Positions 37,746-42,634 of a stretch of 42,634 bases of DNA are shown here, one piece after another. Origin of the DNA: a virus. Within the stretch, counting starts at the first letter, position 1. Every line of letters begins with the position of its first letter. The DNA is taken from IMG/VR virus record IMGVR_UViG_3300025890_000019. One strand, 5' to 3'. The notes under the pieces are model-generated. The model searched no databases. It saw only the letters and a program-made list of their open reading frames with translations, and was not told the DNA's origin. The position numbers and the translations under genes are program-made.

Positions 37746-38369
37746 ATGTTATCATTACGTGAGACGCTGACTTTTGACCAGGCGGGAATAGTCGTTGAGA
37801 CTAAGGACGAACACAACGGTAAATCCCTTTACATGAAGGGAATCTGCATTCAGGGAGGTGTTAAAAACGCCAACCAGAGAGTGTATCCTGTTAACGAAAT
37901 CCAGAGGGCTGTCAGCACACTTAACGATCAAATCACTGGTGGATACTCGGTGTTGGGCGAAGTGGATCATCCAGAAGGACTTAATATTAACCTAGACCGT
38001 GTCAGCCACATGGTAAATGAAATGTGGATGGACGGACCAAACGGATACGGAAAATTAAAAGTATTACCAACCCCGATGGGACAACTAGTTGAAACAATGC
38101 TTAACAGCGGAGTTAAATTAGGAGTTTCATCCAGGGGTTCTGGTAATGTTAAAGAAGACGGATCCGGTAAAGTATCAGATTTTGAAATCATCACAGTAGA
38201 TATCGTTGCACAACCATCGGCGCCAGGAGCATATCCTGAGCCAATATACGAGCATCTAATGAATACAAAAGGTGGTTTAAAAGCATTTAACTCAGCAAGG
38301 GACACAAAGGCACAAAAATATCTAAAAGAACAACTAATAAACATAATTGGAAAACTCCAATCTAAATAG
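37746..38369 (+). CDS. gp21: Prohead maturation protease, gp21
   Basis: KN.N.RVYP, LGE.DHP (catalytic His), INLDRVSH, TPMG, LGVSSRG.G (catalytic Ser), DIVAQPSAP.A. Confidence 0.95.
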   Translation: MLSLRETLTFDQAGIVVETKDEHNGKSLYMKGICIQGGVKNANQRVYPVNEIQRAVSTLNDQITGGYSVLGEVDHPEGLNINLDRVSHMVNEMWMDGPNGYGKLKVLPTPMGQLVETMLNSGVKLGVSSRGSGNVKEDGSGKVSDFEIITVDIVAQPSAPGAYPEPIYEHLMNTKGGLKAFNSARDTKAQKYLKEQLINIIGKLQSK

Positions 38370-38378
38370 GAGAAAAGA

Positions 38379-39467
38379 ATGTTAGAAGCACTGAAATCAC
38401 TTTTTGAAAATAACGGAATTTCGGAAGAGATCAGAGCAGAAATAGAATCCGCATGGAACCAGAAGGTTGAAGAAAACAAACTTTCTGCCACTGCTGATCT
38501 TCGTAAAGAATTTGCAGAGAAGTATGAACACGACAAAGCAAGTTTGACAGAGGCTGTTGATAAAATGGTATCTGAAAGAATCGAAGCAGAAATGGCAGAG
38601 TTCGCAGAAGACAAGAAGCAACTTGCAGAAGAAAAAGTTAAGTATGCTACTCAAATCGGTGAACACACTGAAAAGTTAAAAGCATTTGTTTTTGATCAAC
38701 TTAAAGGCGAAGTTGCTGAACTACACTCAGACCAAAAAGTTATGGCAGAAAATTTTGTTAAACTTGAGGACTTCGTGGTAGAAGCTCTGTCTAAAGAAAT
38801 TTCAGAATTTCAAAAAGACAAACAAGACGTTGCTGAAACAAAAGTACGTCTTATCAGAGAAGCGAAAGCACATTTTGAAAAAGTTAGAAGTAACTTTGTG
38901 AAAAAAGGTGCTGAAAAAGTGTCAGAAGTAGTGGGCAAAACTCTTAAACAAGAGATTAGTTCATTAAAAGAAGACATTGAAGCGGCTCGCAAAAACGACT
39001 TTGGTCGCAGACTGTTCGAATCTTATCAACAAGAATTTTCACAATCATTCTTGAACGAAAAAGGTGAAACAGCAAAACTTCTAAAAGTAGTGGACATTTC
39101 GAAACTACAGGCAGAAGAAGCGATGAAGACTGTCAATGAGAAGCAAAAAGTAATTGAAGCAAAAGAACAAGAAATTGCTACAATTAAAGAAGCGGCAGAG
39201 AGAAGTGAAGTGATCAATGAGTTAACACAACCATTGAACACAGAACAAAAAGAAATAATGAACAATCTACTGGAGAGTGTGCAGACGGGTGCTTTACGAA
39301 AGCAATTCGAAAAGTACATACCATCTGTTCTAAACGGTAGGACTCCAGCGAAAAAACAGGCTATAAATGAAGGCACAGAAGTAACAGGCGATAAACAAAT
39401 TAACATTGTAAACAGCAATCAATTCAATAGCAACATCGTTGATATTAGAAGACTTGCTGGGATATAA
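38379..39467 (+). CDS. gp22: Prohead scaffolding/core protein, gp22-like
   Basis: E/K-rich coiled coil between gp21 and gp23; GRRLFE motif; AGGAG RBS. Confidence 0.8.
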   Translation: MLEALKSLFENNGISEEIRAEIESAWNQKVEENKLSATADLRKEFAEKYEHDKASLTEAVDKMVSERIEAEMAEFAEDKKQLAEEKVKYATQIGEHTEKLKAFVFDQLKGEVAELHSDQKVMAENFVKLEDFVVEALSKEISEFQKDKQDVAETKVRLIREAKAHFEKVRSNFVKKGAEKVSEVVGKTLKQEISSLKEDIEAARKNDFGRRLFESYQQEFSQSFLNEKGETAKLLKVVDISKLQAEEAMKTVNEKQKVIEAKEQEIATIKEAAERSEVINELTQPLNTEQKEIMNNLLESVQTGALRKQFEKYIPSVLNGRTPAKKQAINEGTEVTGDKQINIVNSNQFNSNIVDIRRLAGI

Positions 39468-39486
39468 AAAAAAGGAGAAAAACACA

Positions 39487-40659
39487 ATGTCAGAACTAAC
39501 AGAAACTCGCTGGCAGGACACAAAGAGTGCGTTATTAGAAGGTCTAACTGGAAATAAAAAAGCAGTTATGGCGGCTACTTTAGAAAATACTAAACAGTAT
39601 CTTTCAGAGTCAGCAACAGCAGGTGCTACATCTGCCGGTAACGTTGCAACTTTAAACAGAGTGATCCTACCTGTGATAAGAAGGGTTATGCCTACTGTAA
39701 TTGCTAACGAATTGGTTGGAGTACAACCGATGACTGGCCCAGTTGGACAAATCCACACACTAAGAGTAAGATATGCAGAAGCGGCAACATCAGGCGGCGG
39801 ACTAGCGGCAGGGGCTGAAGCATTATCACCATTTGCAATTGCACAAGGTTATTCAGGTAACGATGTAGCAGATCCAGATGGTAATGCAGACGCAACAGCC
39901 ACTAAAGAAGGTACTGGTGGTAAAGCAATGTCAATTCAAATCTTGAAACAAACTGTTGAAGCAAAAAGCAGAAAGTTACAAGCAAGATGGACATTTGAAT
40001 CTGCTCAAGACGCTCAAGCTCAACAAGGTATTGACGTAGAGGCTGAAATCATGGCGGCATTAGCACAAGAAATTACTGCTGAAATCGACCAAGAAGTCAT
40101 CAACTCGTTAAGAACTTTAGCGGCAACTGAAGAAACATTCAACCAAGCGGCAGTATCAGGTACGGCAACATTCGTAGGTGATGAACACGCGGCTTTGGCT
40201 GTTTTAATCAACAGAACTGCTAATAAAATTGCACAAAGAACAAGACGTGGTGCAGGTAACTGGGCTGTGGTATCACCACAGGCTTTAACTGTACTTCAAT
40301 CTGCAACAACTTCAGCGTTCGCAAGAACAACTGAAGGTTCTTTTGAAGCACCAACTAACCAAAAAATGGTTGGAACTTTAAACAGTGCGATGAAAATCTA
40401 TGTTGACACATATGCGGCAGACGATTCGGCTGTATTGGTAGGATACAAAGGCTCATCTGAAGCAGATGCGGCGGCGTTCTATTGCCCATACATTCCGTTA
40501 ATGTCTAGCGGTGTTGTACTTGACCCATCAACTTTTGAACCAGTTGTTTCTTTCATGACTAGATATGGTTATGTAGAGTTAAACAACACAGCATCTTCAC
40601 TAGGAAATGCTGGGGACTATGTTGGTGAGGTTGCTATGTCAAACATTTCGTTTGCATAA
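39487..40659 (+). CDS. gp23: Major capsid protein, T4 gp23-like (390 aa)
   Basis: LPVIRRVMP..IA.ELVGVQPMTGP.GQI..LR.RY, VEAKSRKL.ARWT.E.AQD, EI.AEID.E.I, VGYKGSSE.DA..FYCPYIPL, DP.TFEP...FMTRYG. Start revised to ATG 39487 (AGGAG at 39473-39477). Confidence 0.96.
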   Translation: MSELTETRWQDTKSALLEGLTGNKKAVMAATLENTKQYLSESATAGATSAGNVATLNRVILPVIRRVMPTVIANELVGVQPMTGPVGQIHTLRVRYAEAATSGGGLAAGAEALSPFAIAQGYSGNDVADPDGNADATATKEGTGGKAMSIQILKQTVEAKSRKLQARWTFESAQDAQAQQGIDVEAEIMAALAQEITAEIDQEVINSLRTLAATEETFNQAAVSGTATFVGDEHAALAVLINRTANKIAQRTRRGAGNWAVVSPQALTVLQSATTSAFARTTEGSFEAPTNQKMVGTLNSAMKIYVDTYAADDSAVLVGYKGSSEADAAAFYCPYIPLMSSGVVLDPSTFEPVVSFMTRYGYVELNNTASSLGNAGDYVGEVAMSNISFA

Positions 40660-40682
40660 TCAACAGTAACAACTTACACATT

Positions 40683-40707
40683 AAAGGGGGCTTCGGCCCC
40701 CTTTTTT
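40683..40707 (+). terminator. Rho-independent terminator after gp23
   Basis: aaagggggc-TTCG-gccccctttttt: GC stem, cUUCGg tetraloop and U-tract. Confidence 0.92.
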
Positions 40708-40727
40708 ATTGACTTTTTGTTCAAGAC

Positions 40728-40756
40728 TTGACTTTTATACCAAAATGTTGTATAAT
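40728..40756 (+). promoter_or_regulatory. Sigma70-type promoter for the lipoprotein-hemB cassette
   Basis: TTGACT (40728-40733), 17 bp, TATAAT (40751-40756), just downstream of the gp23 terminator. Confidence 0.78.
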
Positions 40757-40784
40757 TAATGAGGAAACACTAACAAGGACTACA

Positions 40785-40988
40785 ATGAAAAGTATTGCAA
40801 TATTAATATTAACTTTCTTCACAGTGTCGGCTTGTTCTATTAAAGAACCAAGAGTATCATTTGGAAAAAAATGTTCAATGACTGATGACAACATCACTTA
40901 TTCGTATGTTTGGATCTATGATAAAAACACTGGTCTGCCAGCAGACGAAGAACAGTGTGCGGCACTTCCTAAAAAAGAAGAGAAGTAA
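40785..40988 (+). CDS. Small lipoprotein (67 aa)
   Basis: MKSIAILILTFFTVSA-C: basic N-terminus, hydrophobic core, lipobox VSAC; two further Cys; AAGGA RBS. Start revised to ATG 40785. Confidence 0.72.
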   Translation: MKSIAILILTFFTVSACSIKEPRVSFGKKCSMTDDNITYSYVWIYDKNTGLPADEEQCAALPKKEEK

Positions 40989-40992
40989 TCAT

Positions 40993-41793
40993 ATGGACTT
41001 AATCCAGCCATTGTTTGTCAACGAAAAAGGCAGAACAGAAACGGCTGGATTAGGCGTCCACAATAGTAGTTTTTCCGAAATCTTAATTAACGATCAGATA
41101 CAACAAGATGTAGACAAAGGTGTTGACAGTTTCTTGTTGTTTATCACACCACAATATAAAACTTGGACTCCTGATTGGAGTTTTAATCAAAGAATTGTAA
41201 ATCAAATAAAAACAAAATTTCCTAAAATACAATTAATTGTAGATGTATGTTTGTGTTCTACTTTGCCAGATGGACATTGTAGAGTAATGGATAAACCAGA
41301 CACCAGTGAAGCATTGTTGATTGATTTGGGTAAGAAATTAGAATCAGCAGGTGCAGACATATTGGCTCCATCGGACATGGGAGACAACACAGTGCATAAT
41401 TTAAAATCTGAAACCAATCGTGAAGTGATGGCATATGTGAAATATAGAAGTGTGTTTTACAGTTCATTTAGAGATCTTGCAGACAGTACACCAACCACTG
41501 AAAGAATATACCAATTGCCCATCAATGGTGATTCAGAAATGATTGCCACAGCAAATAAATTTAAAACTCAAAAGGCAGATTATCTCCTGCTTAAACCAGC
41601 ACAACACAGTTTGAGTGAATTAGGTTTGATAAATGCAGGATCATATATTCCTGTTGGTGTGTATCAAGTGTCTGATGAATACAAAGGATTGCCAACCATA
41701 GAACATCAAATTGAAATTGCTAAAGTGTATCACAAAGCAGGTGCTAAATTTTTAGTCACATATGGAGCAAGAGATATAATGGGAAAAATTTAA
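40993..41793 (+). CDS. hemB: Porphobilinogen synthase/ALA dehydratase (HemB)-like, N-terminally shortened (266 aa)
   Basis: DLIQPLFV, Zn site DVCLCSTLPDGHC (C-x-C-x7-C), AGADILAPSDM, MAYVKY.S.FY..FRD (first active-site Lys), YQL, AD.LLLKPA (Schiff-base Lys), YQVSDEY, AGA...VTY.A. Start at ATG 40993 avoids overlap with the lipoprotein gene. Confidence 0.88.
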   Translation: MDLIQPLFVNEKGRTETAGLGVHNSSFSEILINDQIQQDVDKGVDSFLLFITPQYKTWTPDWSFNQRIVNQIKTKFPKIQLIVDVCLCSTLPDGHCRVMDKPDTSEALLIDLGKKLESAGADILAPSDMGDNTVHNLKSETNREVMAYVKYRSVFYSSFRDLADSTPTTERIYQLPINGDSEMIATANKFKTQKADYLLLKPAQHSLSELGLINAGSYIPVGVYQVSDEYKGLPTIEHQIEIAKVYHKAGAKFLVTYGARDIMGKI

Positions 41794-41794
41794 T

Positions 41795-42067
41795 ATGGAA
41801 CACGAACAGATATTATTAGAATTCAGAGAGTACATGGACAGACTGCAGGTTTGGAAGAAAAATCATGGCATGTTCATCAAAGACATTAAAAAATTAGAAA
41901 ACACACTGAACAAAATGTATGACGAATACACCACAATATTGATAGATTATCGCAGAACCAAGCGAGATCACTATCTAGAACAAGCCAATGCTGTGCTTGT
42001 GGAAGCCATAAATTTAGCAAAAAAATTCTCAAAAGTTGAACTGATAGCATCACTCAGCAAACGATAA
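41795..42067 (+). CDS. Hypothetical helical protein (90 aa)
   Basis: Intact ORF starting 1 nt after the hemB stop; amphipathic helical pattern; no family recognised. Confidence 0.6.
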   Translation: MEHEQILLEFREYMDRLQVWKKNHGMFIKDIKKLENTLNKMYDEYTTILIDYRRTKRDHYLEQANAVLVEAINLAKKFSKVELIASLSKR

Positions 42068-42075
42068 ATACCTTT

Positions 42076-42155
42076 AGTTCAAACGCACTTTGACTAGTGT
42101 CAAAGTCTTATGCAGTATTAACCCACTGCGTACCGGCTAGAACCCGGATTGGACT
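42076..42155 (+). ncRNA. Cloverleaf (four-way junction) structured leader/cis-regulatory RNA candidate
   Basis: Closing stem agttcaa/ttggact; hairpins actttgac-tagt-gtcaaagt (42087-42106), tatgcagt-N8-actgcgta (42109-42132) and ccgg-ctagaac-ccgg (42133-42147). Begins 5 nt after TAAATA (42065-42070). Confidence 0.55.
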
Positions 42156-42175
42156 TCTAAAAAAGGAGAAAACAA

Positions 42176-42634
42176 ATGGGACGACCACTTAATAAAAGAC
42201 TGTTTACAACAGCGGCTGGCGGTGCAACTGCTGGTGCAAATGAAATCAAAGTTAACTTTCACAATGGATCAAGTGTTGTAGAAGGTACTATTGTCAGACA
42301 AAAAGGAACTAAAAAGTTTGTTGTTGCTGAAACAGGTGCCACAGATACTGAGGTTACTTGTACGTTAACAACTGGCAAATTACCAGCGGCTTTAGTTGCA
42401 GGTGAAATGACAATTTCAGTACAAGGTTCTGACAATGAAACTTACGGTGTAAGTAAAATTTCAGGACGTACTTTAACAGTAGCACAACCAAGTGCAACAG
42501 GATCAAATGCATTAGATGGAACAAAACTTGCATGGGATTTTGCGACGGCTAGTTCTGGAAAAGTTAAAGTTGAAGAAGCGGGTGATGACGACGTTGCTAA
42601 CACAGATGACGACGACTTCACAGACGACGCATAA
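42176..42634 (+). CDS. Putative virion structural protein (152 aa)
   Basis: Strong AAGGAG RBS, late-type TAAATA upstream, T/G/A/V-rich beta-type composition, acidic C-terminal tail. Confidence 0.55.
   Translation: MGRPLNKRLFTTAAGGATAGANEIKVNFHNGSSVVEGTIVRQKGTKKFVVAETGATDTEVTCTLTTGKLPAALVAGEMTISVQGSDNETYGVSKISGRTLTVAQPSATGSNALDGTKLAWDFATASSGKVKVEEAGDDDVANTDDDDFTDDA

Noticed and set aside
39439-40993. Track starts at 39439 (gp23), 40728 (lipoprotein) and 40885 (hemB)
   Set aside because: They overlap upstream genes or the promoter. ATGs at 39487, 40785 and 40993 fit the RBS, signal peptide or homology better.
32052-41467. Minus-strand ORFs opposite head genes (e.g. 37967-38614, 215 aa; 36853-37290)
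   Set aside because: Ser/Phe/Leu-rich mirror translations of E/K-rich sense codons.
42076-42155. tRNA gene
   Set aside because: The first arm has an 8-bp stem with a 4-nt loop, the second loop is 8 nt, and there is no TTC T-loop consensus or CCA.
1-42634. Stop-codon reassignment (seen in some large phages)
   Set aside because: Genes are full-length in code 11, and TAA, TAG (e.g. gp55, portal, gp21) and TGA (gp46) all end genes at expected positions.

Overview
A 42.6-kb segment of a large, AT-rich T4-like myophage in the standard genetic code. No integrase, tRNA, rRNA or CRISPR array was seen. Positions 1-25.3 kb hold a minus-strand baseplate/tail module: a partial tail-fibre-like gene, a 4,891-aa multidomain structural protein, gp6, gp25, PAAR, a gp5/VgrG-like spike, a hub protein, and gp53-like and gp48/54-like genes. 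A plus-strand block follows with the gp55 late sigma factor, the gp47/gp46 Mre11-Rad50 nuclease, an Hc1-like basic protein and a GIY-YIG nuclease. Next come a ~390-nt strongly structured non-coding region, a HemD-like gene, and a gp26-like chaperone gene with a probable -1 frameshift into a downstream ORF missing from the track. A plus-strand tape-measure/head module (portal, acidic core protein, gp21, gp22, gp23) is followed by a sigma70-promoter cassette (lipoprotein, HemB-like, hypothetical) and a late gene with a cloverleaf leader. The most interesting items are the candidate pseudoknotted ncRNA behind the GIY-YIG nuclease, two tetrapyrrole-pathway enzymes, the lambda G/GT-type frameshift and the cloverleaf leader. 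All calls come from reading motifs by eye; no searches or folding programs were run.
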